64,000 nt of DNA from NCBI GenBank assembly GCA_002189035.1, contig CM007991.1, positions 4,650,001 to 4,714,000 on the forward strand, written 5' to 3'. Both the position numbers and the translations under genes were made by a program. The notes beneath the pieces were generated by a model. The model searched no databases. It worked only from the letters and a program-made list of their open reading frames with translations, and was not told the origin of the DNA. The stretch's first letter is position 1. Every line of letters begins with the position of its first letter. Origin of the DNA: Utricularia gibba (lineage: Eukaryota; Plantae; Magnoliophyta). Below are positions 23,696 through 37,200 of this stretch, in pieces.

Positions 23696-25779
23696 GTAAT
23701 AATCAATCATAAACAAAAAAGATAAATCTTTTCATGTTTGTGATGGAGGAACCACTTCAATGGAATGCTGACTAGAGCTTGTTTATTATAAATGTTGAAT
23801 TAAATATTAATAAGAAGAAAGGGTAAAATTATAGTTTACTCTTAATCATTATATCTATAGAATATAATATTTCAAACATATATGTACAAAACCTTTGACA
23901 TTGATGGATGATAATTTTTTTAGATGTTGCAACTACTGTTTTTTTGTATGAAAGATATTTGTCTACTGAATATGCAACCCATAAATATTTTATATGACAA
24001 ATAAATAGAGTTGCATGAAGTTTAGATCAACTCATAGAGAAAAATCGCTTTTATTTTAGTGGACTCTACTTTAATGTTGTCATTAACATTCTTCTACTAA
24101 CTATCTACCTTTGAAAGCAGAAAACAGATTGCATAAATTGACATTTAAAACAGCATTCGGTGAACTTTGCATCTTATCAGAATTTCGATGACATATAACC
24201 AAGTAAAATAAGTTGTTAAATTTTAAGTTCTGGCCAATAGACATATGCACTTTCCTTGAATTTAAGCTCAAAGCAAACACATAACGAGAACATAGACATT
24301 GCCATTTGACCAAAACATGCAAATTATGCTGTCAATAAAACCTAATGTTAATGATGCAAAAGCACAGGAAATAAAAGTGTAAGAAGTAAAATGTTGTGCA
24401 ATTCTCCACTTTGGGTTTTTTTCACATCTTCTTTTTCTCGAATAGCAGATTTTCATGATTTGCTTTCCTTCTAATTGGAATGACCCATGACCTGCATCTT
24501 GGATACTAGGTCATTACTAACAGGAAACCCTTCCCAAGGGTGTCCGATCCTTGTGGAATTAGGCTAGGAACATGTATATAGGTAGATTGTTTACTCTGTA
24601 TGCTGCCACTCCTGACACCTGGCGATCCTTGGCAGTGCTTAGTACCGAGTGTAGAGCGCTGAGCACCACCCCCTCGCCATATCCCACCCAAGCATAGTAT
24701 AAGACTTTAAAGCACGTTTATTGATACTAAAGAGTCAAGGTTCCAACACAATCAGCAACACCATAGCGCATAGTGCCAATAACACGAAAGGAACATTAGC
24801 AACAACACCCCATAGCATGTAATATTAATAGAACGAAAGGAAAGGCAAAGATACACAAGTTCTGCCATAGTACCATGCACCTCATCCCTCTCCCAATCAC
24901 ACCCTCGCTTGGGATCCACCTCGACTACCCCAACCTTGCCACCATCCTCGTCATCTACATATGAAAGAGTAAGGGGTCAGTCCTATCGTGAAAGGCTCTC
25001 TCCCTAAGACTCCCTCTACGCATGCCCCTACCACAATCCTAATACGCTCGCTCATACATGTCCTCTGCACCACATCTCTTGTCTGCTCGTAACCTTCCTC
25101 ATCAGGCAAATGTGCCCTTCCACATGATACTCATTGATGACCTCAACCTGATGAGCCCCATGCACTCGCTGTTGTCACCATGGCCTTAGTTGTGACCCTG
25201 CGTGCCCATACACGAGCTCCATCCTTCCCATGCTCGGCCCTTGAACCTATCACACAAAGATCCCTATTTGAGTTTATGCCCTTGCACATGGTACACAGGT
25301 GGCATCTCGTCTACCGAGCCCTTGCGCTCAGCATTGCCATGATGATGGCCCTGCTTATTGCTTGTCTGGCTCTCTATCCTTGGCCCAGCCGTCATTGCCA
25401 TTGGTAGTGGACTTCCTAATCCCGCTTATTGCTCAGGGTGCCTCGGCCTACAACATCTTGGTTCTAGGATATTGCGATAAATCAAATGACAAAAAATTGA
25501 TGAAGTGTTTTTTTTTTGTTCTAAAGAGTGATGGGTAGGATTAATGTTAGGATAAATAATTTTTTATTGTAGTTAGAATATGAATTAGATTTTGGGTCAA
25601 AAAAAAATTGGATAACATATATTTGGGGTGCTTTTAAGGGTCAACCCGTGGCCTAATTGGTCTAACCCATACAAGTCAAAGGTTAATTTTGATTGATCCA
25701 ATGAGGTTATTCACCTAGGAATGGTTTGCTTGTGGATTGGACTTATGGGTAGAGCCGGCTCATGTCCACTACTATCAAA

Positions 25780-26650
25780 GACTAGTGCATCAGACTAGGG
25801 ATGCCTGACACTAACCTCTCAAAAGTTAGGCACGAGCTCCAGCCAACTGCACACACCTTTATCTTTCATTAAGGATGTGTCAAACTCATAGAAATGAACG
25901 CCTTTACCATTCAATAGGAGTAAGTTTGAGTTCGATGTGCCTTGGCATTCTACACCACCATTCCTGATCTTCCAGCACAATTCCTTCATTTTTTCCCTTC
26001 AAACATCTGCATTGACCGACACTATTACGAAACACTTAAGACTTGGGTTAGATGTACTCTATTGCTTTAATATTGTGCATATCAGTTATAACCGTTAGAT
26101 ATGAAAATAAACCCAGCTACATAAGTTGGACAAAGCGTTGCTTTATTATTCAAGGGAAAATACATTCTCTGAATTGCACTTCTCCTTTGTTCTACTTTGC
26201 TAAACTATTCGCCAGAACACCATCCATGTTTTAAGAGATGGTTATTAATATTGAGGGGTGAGTCTTACTGTTAATGGACGGAAAATTCTGCTAGAGATTA
26301 TTAATTGTCCACCTATGTGAAAGTGAAATTGGGCCACTTCTATGGAGTCATGGTAAAAATTCCTAAAGATTTCATGAATTAAGATAGGGGTGCGCATGGC
26401 TACAGAGGCACACAACTACGTTGATAAATGAAGTTGAAGCCTGGATTGTGAGGTGTTGAACATGAGGCATAGTTCATAGAAACTATTATTCCTTCTTGCA
26501 TTTAGTGTTACATATTCTACATGTCTAAAGTCTTGGTTCATAGTTTGAAAGAACACCATGACCCATACAATATGGTCTAAGTTGAATGAAGAAAAGAAAC
26601 CTTGATGAGTATTCCAATGCATGGGGGATTCTTAGGGTCTCTAGCAATTC
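25780..26650 (-). pseudogene. Highly decayed MuDR (Mutator) transposase remnant
   Basis: HIGGQLI and KGVCSW...SGIP (SWIM-like) motifs in broken frames. Confidence 0.4.
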
Positions 26651-26884
26651 CATTAGAATACTAATCATGTATGACTATTTGAATGTTATGAATGAAATTC
26701 TTGGAAGACCTCAACATCCATTGAAAGGTTTAAAGCCTCCAAAGCACACAAAGGGTTGTGACTCTTTGTGTGCAAGAGATAGTTTTATCTTTATAAATAT
26801 CTCACTTCTCTTGATTCTAGTGTGTGTTGATGAGCTTGTTGAACCTTGAGAGATTTACTACATTATTCTTGAAGTAATCTCTTA

Positions 26885-28000
26885 AGGCGCGTTTGGTTGG
26901 TGGGTTTGGTCTAAACCCAGGTTTAGTTTATTTGGGTTTAGATAACCCGATTTCATGAGTTTAAAGGGTGTAATCCGTGTTTGGTTGATAGGTTTAGATT
27001 ATTTGGGTTTAAGATGATTACACATTTGGTACGTAGGTTGAAAATTATGTTTATGATGATTTTCATATGAAATTACCAGTATACCCTTTAGTTAATTAAA
27101 ATAAATTATCTTATATTTTATTTTTCTATATCATTTTATAAGTTCAATCGAGCACCGCATAACATAAATTACAGTGCTTAGTTGAAATTTTATTTTATAA
27201 CAAGCACCGAGTAATAATAGACGCGGTGCTCGTCTTTAAAACGAAAATTCATATTTTACAGCAAGCACCGGATAATAATAGACATAGTGCTCGTCTTCAA
27301 AACGAAAACTCACATTCAGCACCAAAAATGAAAACCCACAATATTAGACATACTGTTATTACTTTCATCTTTATCTTTTTCTTTGTCTTCATCTTTTTCT
27401 TCTTTATTTTCTTCTTCTTCTTCTTCTTCTTCTTCTTCTTCTTCTTCTTCTTCTTCTTCTTCTTCTTCTTCTTCTTCTTCTTCTTCTTCTTCTTCTTCTT
27501 CTTCTTCTTCTTCTTCTTCTTCTTCTTCTTCTTCTTCTTCTTCTTCTTCTTCTTCTTCTTCTTCTTCTTCTTCTTCTTCTTCTTCTTTCTTCTTCTTCTT
27601 CTTCTTCTTCTTCTTCTTCTTCTTCTTTTCTTCTTCTTCCTTTCTTCTTCTTCTTCTTCAAAATATTTGAACAGATCTGAACAAATCTGTTATAGATTTG
27701 AATAAATATGCTATAGATCTGTATGAATTTTAACTTTCGAAAAAAAATGATAACCAGATCTGTGCATCTGGTTTCTGGCAAATTTGCATTCAAATGTTGT
27801 TCACGCGAGGGCAAATGTGGAAGCGCCGAGCTGGGTTTAGCTAAACCGACCTCCCCTCCTGGGTTTAGCTAAACCCGGCTCCACGGGTTCCCGCCTGATT
27901 TATAGTCAACAAGTGGGTTTATTTTTACCCACCTGAAACCCACGAACCAAACGTGGGTTTAATACCGCAACCCACCTAAACCCAACAACCAAACGCACCC
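26885..28000. mobile_element. Non-autonomous PIF/Harbinger (Tourist-like) element, TSD TTA
   Basis: TIRs AGGCGCGTTTGGTTGGTGGGTTT / reverse complement GGGTGCGTTTGGTTGTTGGGTTT; TTA at 26882-26884 and 28001-28003. Confidence 0.88.
27409..27659. repeat. (TTC)n/(GAA)n microsatellite, ~59 perfect units then imperfect to ~83
   Basis: Perfect 27409-27587; interrupted 27588-27659. Confidence 0.97.
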
Positions 28001-29039
28001 TTAAGGATAGTGTGTTTTATGCATGCCTCAAGCTTTCTTTCGTCTTCATCTGTTGCTTGTAGGAACTCTTATCCAAAAGGAAATTTAAGTTCAAAGTTTT
28101 GGAGAAATTCCTCCTCTAAATGAAAGGAAGAATGGGGTATTTATAGAGGTTTGGTTTGGAAAATGGTCAAAATACCATTGCAACCTCATTTCATCATATT
28201 ATCTTCAATTTTATGTTTTTCATTTGTCTTTCTACTTTTGCATCATTTATCTTTTCAAATTTAAAAGTTTTCCTTTGACACTCCACATGGGCCCCAGATT
28301 GAGCCCCGGATATTCAACACTATCTTGGCCAAGTTTCAACAACTATAGATGTTTTATTCATCCCATCACGAGGAGTTCGTTGATATTTTAATTATCGGCA
28401 CATGTGCTCTTTAGAAAAGATTGGACTAAGGAGTATTGGGTGAATTTCTATTTCGAGAAAATAGGTTCCCTTTTTATGCTACCAAAAGCATCTTTCCCAT
28501 TGGGATAGTTAATGTAGGTAGAGATTGATTTTTAAATATTATTTCTATCGATGGTTGATTCAATGACACAAAATCCGATCCCGAGCTAAACATAATGTGA
28601 AAGTGAATTTAGAGTTCCATTACTATTTTTCTAAAGTGTTAATGTAGTGTGCAATAATAGTTAAAATTAGAATTCCACTTTTTATTTGAGGGTCTGATGG
28701 TGATTCTGCAAGTACACAGAAACCATCGAAGTAATAAAATAAAATCGTATCCACAGGGAATTGTTATTGGAATATTCTTTTCAAAACAAAGAGTTAAAAA
28801 GATTGGAAACAAAAGAAAGATTTGGTTTTTGAAGACAATCAGAAAAGTGGCATTGGATCTAAGATCCACCTTACTTGAAACTCGCCCTTGTGTGTGTGCA
28901 AACCTTGAGAACTGACCTGCTTGCGCAAGTTTTGGGGGTGTTATGCTAAAGTAGTGCTACTCGGTGACCGTTATAGCACCGTCCCTTGTTTTGTGGGATT
29001 ATGAAATCAACAACGCCACCAGAGCCATTTCACCTCTTG

Positions 29040-30102
29040 TGATAACCCATATTTTCCCCACACCCAAAACTAACCCCTACACCTCACACCTCGCAGACAG
29101 ATTAGACAGAATGTGCCTTACCAACGATGTCCGATTGAACCCCGCATCAAAAGAAATTTATAAACCAAGCTAATCTACTAAACAAATCATAAGAATTAAT
29201 GTAGTTTGGCAAGCAAGAGTCGAATCCACAGGGAATGGTTGTAATTTCCTAAAGGTTAACACATTTACTGGAAATAGGGGGGTTTTCTAGGATCTAAGTC
29301 TAATGCAGTTAAGACGTCAAATAACAATTACTGGAACAAACGAGTTGCAGGGATGAAGAGGGACTGAAAGTAACGTGAAGGTGCATAAAACATAAAATAA
29401 AAGTAATTTGGCTGGGTTTTACACCAGGGTCTAGCTCTTGTGTCACTCAAGAGAGCCCTTAGGCTTAAACCTAGCTTGGAACGCTTGAAAACAGAGTAAT
29501 AGTTTGCAAAAACAAAGCATGGTTCGCAGGAATAGTAAAAGCGCGTTAAACTTAAAGGAAAACATGAAAAGCTTAAACAACAACATGTTCATAAGTACCG
29601 AAATACAACAGAAAGCATAAAAACGATGACAATAACAGTAGCAAGTTCACACAGAAAAGGGAGTGCAAAAATCTGTAAATAAAAGTTGCAGGATGCTTCT
29701 GTGGGCTGTGGATCTGCTGGAAATCGAAGTTCTGGCCGGAACGGTGGTGTGGACACGCATATCTGGAGGTCGCCGGAGATTTTCGCCGGAGAAACGACGT
29801 TCTGCTTGCTCCCCTCGCTCCTGTTTGCGGTCTTTGCACTCTGCGTGCATAGTGTACTCTCCCCTCTTCTCTCCCTTCCTTTTCCCTTTTGCAGCTCAAA
29901 AGTAAGGGTAGCTTAAAACATAAACTGGACAAAATATTAGAGTTTTTGGCTCAATTGTTGCCAATTGAGCTTATTTTCACAATAAATGCATTCTAGCAGA
30001 CTAAATACGCAAAAGAAGATAATTTAGCACACTAAATAACATTTATCGCTACAAAACATGCTTAAAAACATATATAAAAACATAATAAAAATGGTGTTAT
30101 CA
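29040..30102 (-). repeat. Athila LTR, same family as 39292-40111; left boundary uncertain
   Basis: 29452-30102 aligns to 39292-40111; ends GTTATCA; candidate TGATAAC start at 29040; GTCGAATCCACAGGGA motif. Confidence 0.75.
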
Positions 30103-30942
30103 CACTATCCTACTAACAGTGACATATACGAGTTGTACCTTGTAAGACACATACGACTTATAATAAGAATGGTGGCTGAGAATGAAAAATGATGCACATG
30201 AGGTACTAAACAAAAGTATAGAAACTTGAGAACTCTTCCACTATGACTTAGTCACATTCCCCTCCCTCTTTTCATCCTTATTTCTCCTTGAGTGGTTGGC
30301 CAGACCACAAAAAATGTTCAGGGAAAATGATTAGTTCATAGTGTCTAAGCGTCAAGGTCTTATTTCCTACAAGAATATTTTTTTTTACAGCACGGCTTTT
30401 CTGGTGTGCTCGCCTTTTGTACCTCTCTGCTTTTCTCTTCTTCTTTTTTTTTATTTTTATTTTTATCAAGCTCGGTTTTTTTTCGATTGGAGCTTGCCTT
30501 TTATCATCAAAAAGCTTTTATGTGCATCAGCCACAGTCTATGTATCTAACTCAGCACAACCCACAAATCCACATACTAGCAAGCCACATACAATCAATTC
30601 ACAAGTAAGTCCTAGTGCAGATAGAGCAAAACACAGGCCGCATGCGTGCACTTTTCCACAAAATCTGGCTACTCTCATGTAAGTCTTATGCAAGTAAGAA
30701 CAAAGAAGGGCTGAGTCCTCACAGAAGCGAAGGGGTAGGCATAATACATTTCCAGCATGAATCCAAATTCCTAAACATGCTCAGCAGTACTGAAGGCAAC
30801 AAAAGACAGGAAAAACAAGCACAAAACACATGCAAGACAAGAAGGAAAACTAAAACACATAAAACATAAAACTCATATATACAAAACAAACAAGGTAAAA
30901 GTCTAATCAAGGCTTAGGAGGGGCGGTAGGACCTGCATTTGT

Positions 30943-33900
30943 CTATAAATCAAGCAGAATTTCCAAGTACATCTTCAGAGTTCCCACTGTACCTCGCAGC
31001 TCACGAACTTCCTTCAAACAACAGCACTCTCCACTTTTCACAGGTGCTTCCCCTACCCCAGCAGATGTAGAAGCTTCATGAGCATTGGTGTCAGGACCCA
31101 TGCCCAGGGCCCAAGAGGCATGAGGCATGACTGCCAAGTCCCATCAAACGTTAGGACTTAAGGCGACTTAACCCCATTGTAGCATGGACAGATGACATTA
31201 AGATGGCTATATATATATTATCTCACAACCGTTCAAACATGCAAAAGGTACTACGCCAAGCCTATTATACATATTCCTCACAACGAAGGCAAGGTCCCAA
31301 AAGCTATTCTTGACCTGCCACAACTTCTACAGCTGAACCACTACCTTGGTTGATCACCAGACCTTCCACCATTCCCCTCTACACCTGGAACAAGTTAAAA
31401 CATAGAGTGGTCATGCTACTGAGGTTTGGTAAAAGATAAACATGTATGAAGTAAAGAAAGGGTGTTTGAGCATAAATTCTCAAAGCCAAGCACATATCCA
31501 AATAGTGAGTCCCATTGTCTATCTTTGCCCAATCCCCTTGACCCTTCAGCTTAGGCATCACCTCCAGATCTTAGGAAATGGGTCATGTATTGCCTAAGTC
31601 CTTTAGTAGTGTTCAGAAGAGCCACCAACCGAACACCACCTCTAAACTCAGACCATAGCATGCATATAACATGTTCCCTGGCCTTTCTTGACTGGCTTAC
31701 CCCATAGGGATGCCTCAGACATGTCTGACATATTTAGCCATGAATCCCATGGTTAAAACCATGTTGCTAGGAGTGTGGGTCCACACTCCTCTCCATTTCC
31801 TATCATATGTTCACATAGCACATAGAGAATGAACATTGAGCACTCTATGCACTTCGAAAGGGAATACTTGTTTGGAAACCAACCAACAAGGGCACCTAAT
31901 ACTTGGAAGAGAACCATTTAGGTTTTGAAAGGAGGATTTTAGGGACTCTAAATAGATTTGAAACACCAAGATCAGAAGGACGTGCCCTGCTAGACTTTTC
32001 ACACAAAGAAGAACAGGGAAGGAAAACAGGTTAATGAAAACAGGAAAGAAATCTTTCTAAAACAACATATAATAACACATAGGCAATCAATCACATATGT
32101 TCCAGAGAAGCATCAAAACATGCTTCTAAAAACAGTAGCACTCATCCCACTTACCTTACTCCCTACAGAAATAATCCCTTCCTACAACTAGAACCAAGAA
32201 CTCTCCCCCTTCTCACTAGCTGTATTCTCTACCCTCCTTCCTCTTCAACTATGATTCTCCAGCTTTTTCCAACGTGACTCTATTCACCTGAACCTAGGGG
32301 ACATCATGAGTCAGCATCCCCTCTATCTTGAGGTTGCCATGTGGCTCTTCCTTTAGATAGCACTTGCCTCATCTCCATTGGTTAATAAAAACAACCTCCA
32401 TACCGGTATGGGGCCCATCCCTTATTGATTTCATACATAACCATGATCATTAGGGAGGTATTATGCTAAACTCTAGCAATGGATGTCACAGACCATAACA
32501 ATTAGGCTGCTCCACAACATTTCCATCACCTGTGCTCAACAAAAATACGATCTTGCCTTTGGCAAGTCGAGTCATGCCAATGTTCATGAGAAAAGACAAG
32601 TCTATGGGGAGATGTGGGGGTCCAATGTGCAGATTTGCATTTTCTAAAATGTCAGGACCAAATTCCTTCAGAGCCAAATAAGAAATCCAATTACCAAACC
32701 GCAAAGTTAAAACGCGATTTCTATTCCCTACTTCCTTCTTCATCAGATCAGCAAGTAAAGCACCAACATTTAAAGGCCTTTTCATCATTAAGCTCCACAA
32801 AATAAAAGTTTCATTTTTAAACAGAGAATTGAAGGCACGCTGATGCGTGAAAAAGGAAGCAGAAAGCAAAACATGAATAACCCTCCACACAGGGTCTACT
32901 ATCAAGCTGGCCTTAGTTCCTTTCTGCTTAAAAATAACTTCACATTGCTCAGTCAACTGTTCATACACTTCATGCTCATCAAAGTAGTCTATTCCTGGAA
33001 AATCAAACATAGAGGTCTGGAAAGCAGTGGAATTCACATCATCCTCAGAAACCAATCCTAAGCCTCGATTCCAATCGGCTAAAGAGTAAGCAAACTATTT
33101 TCCAAACAATCTAAACCGAAGAATACCAGGAGCAAAGACAGTTTCGGGTACATCATACACAAATGTCGTGAAAAATTCATAACACAATTCAGCACAGGCA
33201 GACAGCTTGTTCTGGAAAATATGAAGGAATGGTGTACCTGCCAATCGTTTGTTTACCTCCTGCTCAATTCCAAGATGTCACAGTGTTTCGGTGTCAAGGT
33301 AGCGCACCAGTTCTGGCCTTGCCCCAAAAATTGTATCCAATTTTTCTTTATGGGCCCTGCTGCTGAACTTGAGGTATTCTGTAAAAATTTCTATGTCCTC
33401 CTTAGTGAAAAATGCGCGCCCTCTGCCCATCATTCTTCGTGAACAGTCTTCCAACTCCGCCATGGTGATCTCCCTATCTGCAAAAATAGTGGAGCTAATA
33501 GGGGTTGAGTCATTTTCTTTTTACCTTTTCCCTCTTTGCGTTGTTTCGCTTTTCCTCCCTTCTGCGTTTTTCCAGTCTCCTTCTCCTCTCGTGGCCGTCT
33601 CTTTGGTTGTTCCTTGCGGACAGTGGCACCCTCCTCTCTGGCTGTCTCGATGGTTGCTGGTGTTTGTTCAGAACTCTTCTTTGCTGGAGGCTTGTTGCTT
33701 GTGGCCGTGTCCTTTTTATTGGAAGTTGCTGCCTCTCTTGTTGGCTTAGGGGGTACCTGAGCAGGGGCAGGAACCTTTTCTGGTTCCTTATGCTTGCTTG
33801 CTTCAGCCATATTTGTCTTTGTATTGGCATCTGCTGCTGCCCTGGTTGGCTCAGAAAGTGTTGGCGAAGGCGCAGGGGCCTTTTCTGGGACCTTATCCTT

Positions 33901-34100
33901 GTGTGTTGCTGCTGCGCCCTTCTTCTTGCTGGCAGCATTTTCCTCCTCCCACTGTTTGGCTGCCAAATTATCTTTATCTGCTCTCTGCTTGCGCGCTCTG
34001 TATGTCTGATGAGTCACACATTGCTTGACTTTGCTATGCTTGCCCTCAACAGGTCTCGCCGTGGTATTCCCTGCTAAAGCAGTGTCTTCTGGTGCATTGG
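30943..34100 (-). pseudogene. Athila env-like / accessory ORF, fragmented
   Basis: ORFs 33430-34017, 33278-33463, 32486-33055 and 30943-31137; LCYEFFTTF, RVIHVLLSASFF, ETFILWSLMMKRPLNVGALLA motifs typical of Athila ORFs downstream of pol. Confidence 0.75.
31144..32490 (-). repeat. Probable solo LTR (Tekay/Del-like) inserted in the env-like ORF
   Basis: Minus strand starts TGTGACATCC; non-coding 1.35 kb with env-like coding sequence on both sides; TSD imperfect (TCCCA/GACCA). Confidence 0.5.
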
Positions 34101-34239
34101 CAAGGGCAGATTTGGGGATACCCTTCTCCGGGGGTCTAAAATTTTCGGGTCCTCAAGGAAATCCGCATAGATAGGGTCGGGTGTAAGCTGGGGCTCAGGG
34201 GTGAATAAGTCTTAGGGTAAGACTTAAGTGCAGAATCAC

Positions 34240-37200
34240 TTAGAGGGGAATTTCATTGAATGCCACAGCATCCACAGGGTGTCCCACTTCATCAATCATG
34301 AGCTCATGGAACACTTTCAATCTGTGACCATTCACAGTAAATGAGCTAAGCATGTCTCTATCAAACAACTTAATGGAACCGTTAGGATTCACATGTTTAA
34401 TCACAATAGGTCCTCCCCAACGAGATTTCAGTTTACCTGGGTGAAGTTTGAGTTTAGACTGAAATAATAATACCTTTTGTCCAGGTTCAAAGTGCTTTCG
34501 CAAGATCTGACGGTCATGGAACTGCTTCGTGTGTTCCTTGAAGATTTTAGAATTCATATAGGCCTCATGTCTTAGCTCATCAAGCTCTGAAAGTTGGAGC
34601 TTTCTCAAGTCACCACTGCCTTGAATCTCCAAGTTCACTCGCTGGATCGCCCGTCTTGCCTTCTGCTCTAATTCAATGAGCAAATGGCAATGTTTACCAT
34701 ATACAAGACAAAAAGGAGATATACCGATGGGGCTTTTGAAGGCTGTGCGAATTGCCCACAAGGTGTCATTCAACTTGGAGCTCCAGTCCTTGCGAGAAGA
34801 AGTCACAGTCTTCTCCAGAATTTGCTTGATCTGCCGATTAGAAACTTCTGCCTGCCCATTGGTCTGAGGGTGGTAAGAATTAGATGGCCTATACCAGACT
34901 CCATAGCTTTTCAGCAATCTCTCCATAGCCTTGTTAAAGAAATGGCTTCCACGATCACTGATCAAGGCTTTGGGTGTTCCAAACCTCACAAAGATGTTAT
35001 TCTTCATAAAACGTATGACTGAATGAGTATCTTGTGACTTGGTGGGAATTGCCTCTATCCCTTTTGAAACATAGTCCACTGCCACCAGAATGTACTCATA
35101 GCCATCAGAGTTTGGAAAGGGGCCCATGAAGTCTATTCCCCACACATCGAACACTTCTGGAACCACAATTGGCTGCATTGGCATTTCATGCCGGTTTGAG
35201 ATATTCCCTGTTCTCTGGCAGTTCTCGCAGCTCTTACAGTAAGACTTGGCCAATAATAACCACAATCCAGCACCTTCTTGGCAGTACGGTTAGGACCATG
35301 GTGGCCTCCACAAGGAGATGCATGACAGAATGCCAACACTTGCTAAATATCATCTTCATTCAAGCAGCGTCGCACAACAGCATCAGCACAATGTTTCCAC
35401 AGATAGGGGTCATCCCAGAAATAGTGCTTACTCTCACTCTTCAACTTCAGCTTCTCATAACTCTTTAAGTCCAAAGCCATCTCTCCAGTGCACAGGTAAT
35501 TGGCTATGTCAACATACCATGGTTCACTAGTCTTACCTGCATCAGCCTTAATTGCGCAGAGTTGTCCATCTGGAAATTCTTCAACAATTGGAACACCATC
35601 CATGGGTTGCTCGATTCTGCTAAGATGATCTGCAACTTCATTGAGCTTCCAGGCTTATCCCTGATTTCCACATTGAACTCTTGCAGCAATAAGACCCACC
35701 TCATAAGCCTTGGTTTGGTCTCCTTCTTGGACATGAGGTGTTTGATGGCGGCATGGTCTGTATGCACAATCACTTTGTTACCCAACAAATAGCTTCTGAA
35801 CTTCTCTAAGGCAAATACAACAGCTAGCATCTCCTTCTCGGTTGTAGTGTAATTTGCTTGAGCATTATCCAAAGTTTTAGAGGCATAGCTGATAACAGTG
35901 TCTTTTCCATTAAGTTTCTGGCCTAACACAGCTCCTACTGCATAGTTGGATGCATCAGTCATCACATGGAATGGTTCACTCCAGTTGGGTACTTGTATGA
36001 TAGGAACTGATGTCACGGCTGCCTTGAGAGTTTCAAAAGCATGCTTACATTCATCTGAAAAAATAAACTCAACATCTTTTTGCAAGAGGTTAGTCAATGG
36101 TCGAGCAATTTGAGAAAATCCCTTAATAAACCTCCTGTAAAATCCAACATGGCCTAAAAATGCACGTACTCCTCTTTCATCATGTGGATATGGTAAACCA
36201 GAAATAGTACTTACCTTAGCAGGATCTACCGTAAGACCTGCTTCAGAAACAACATGCCCAAGTACAATTCCTTGGCGTACCATGAAATGGCATTTTTCAG
36301 AGTTCAAAACTAAATCTTTCTCAACACAACGTTTCAAAACAAGTTCTAAATGATTCAAACAATTATCAAAGCTAGTCCTATGCACAGTAAAGTCATCCAT
36401 GAATACTTCAATGAAATCATCAATATAATCCGAAAAAATGCTGGTGACACACCTTTGAAACGTCGCTGGGGCGTTGCAGAGGCCAAATGACATCTTCTTG
36501 TACGCATATGTGCCAAAGGGACAGGTAAAGGTCATCTTTTCTTGATCATCCGGTGCCACAGCAACCTGATTATACCCTGAGTACCCATCAAGAAAGCAAT
36601 AAAAACTTTTACCACTTAACCTGTCCAACATTTGGTCCACGAAGGGTAGAGGGTAGTGATCCTTCCTTGTTACTTCGTTCAGCTTTCTGTAGTCAATACA
36701 TACCCTCCAACCATTTTGAACTCGCGTAGCCACCTTCTTTCCATCAGCATCTTCAACAATTGTAATTCCTGTCTTTTTAGGGACTACGTGGATAGGACTT
36801 ACCCACGTACTATCAGAAATCGAGTAAATCACTCCAGCTTTCAATAGCTTCTGGATTTCCTTCTTCACAACCTCCATGAGGGTCGGATTAAGCCTTCTCT
36901 GAGGTTGTCTAACCGATTTTGCTCCGTCTTCAAGATAAATCCTATGCATTGTGACAGAAGAGCTAATTCCAATTATATCATCCAGCGTCCAGCCAATAGC
37001 CTTGCTGTTAGCCTTGAGAACGTCCATCAACTTCGTCTCTTCTTCACAAGAAAGATCAGCACTAATAATCACCGGCTTTGAATTGTCACCAATAAACGCA
37101 TACTTGAGATGTGAAGGCAAGGGTTTCAATTCTGGTGGTGCAACACTAGTCACCTCTCCAAGCTTCACCAAGTCTTTATCTTGAATGAAACATTCTAGAA

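Noticed and set aside
24480-25480. GC-richer segment resembling gypsy gag/LTR debris
   Set aside because: No diagnostic motif or termini could be confirmed.
27226-27814. Poly-Phe, poly-Ser and poly-Arg ORFs
   Set aside because: Translation artefacts of the TTC microsatellite.
33369-34077. Several overlapping plus-strand ORFs of up to 190 aa
   Set aside because: Antisense shadows of the low-complexity env-like frame; no independent motif.
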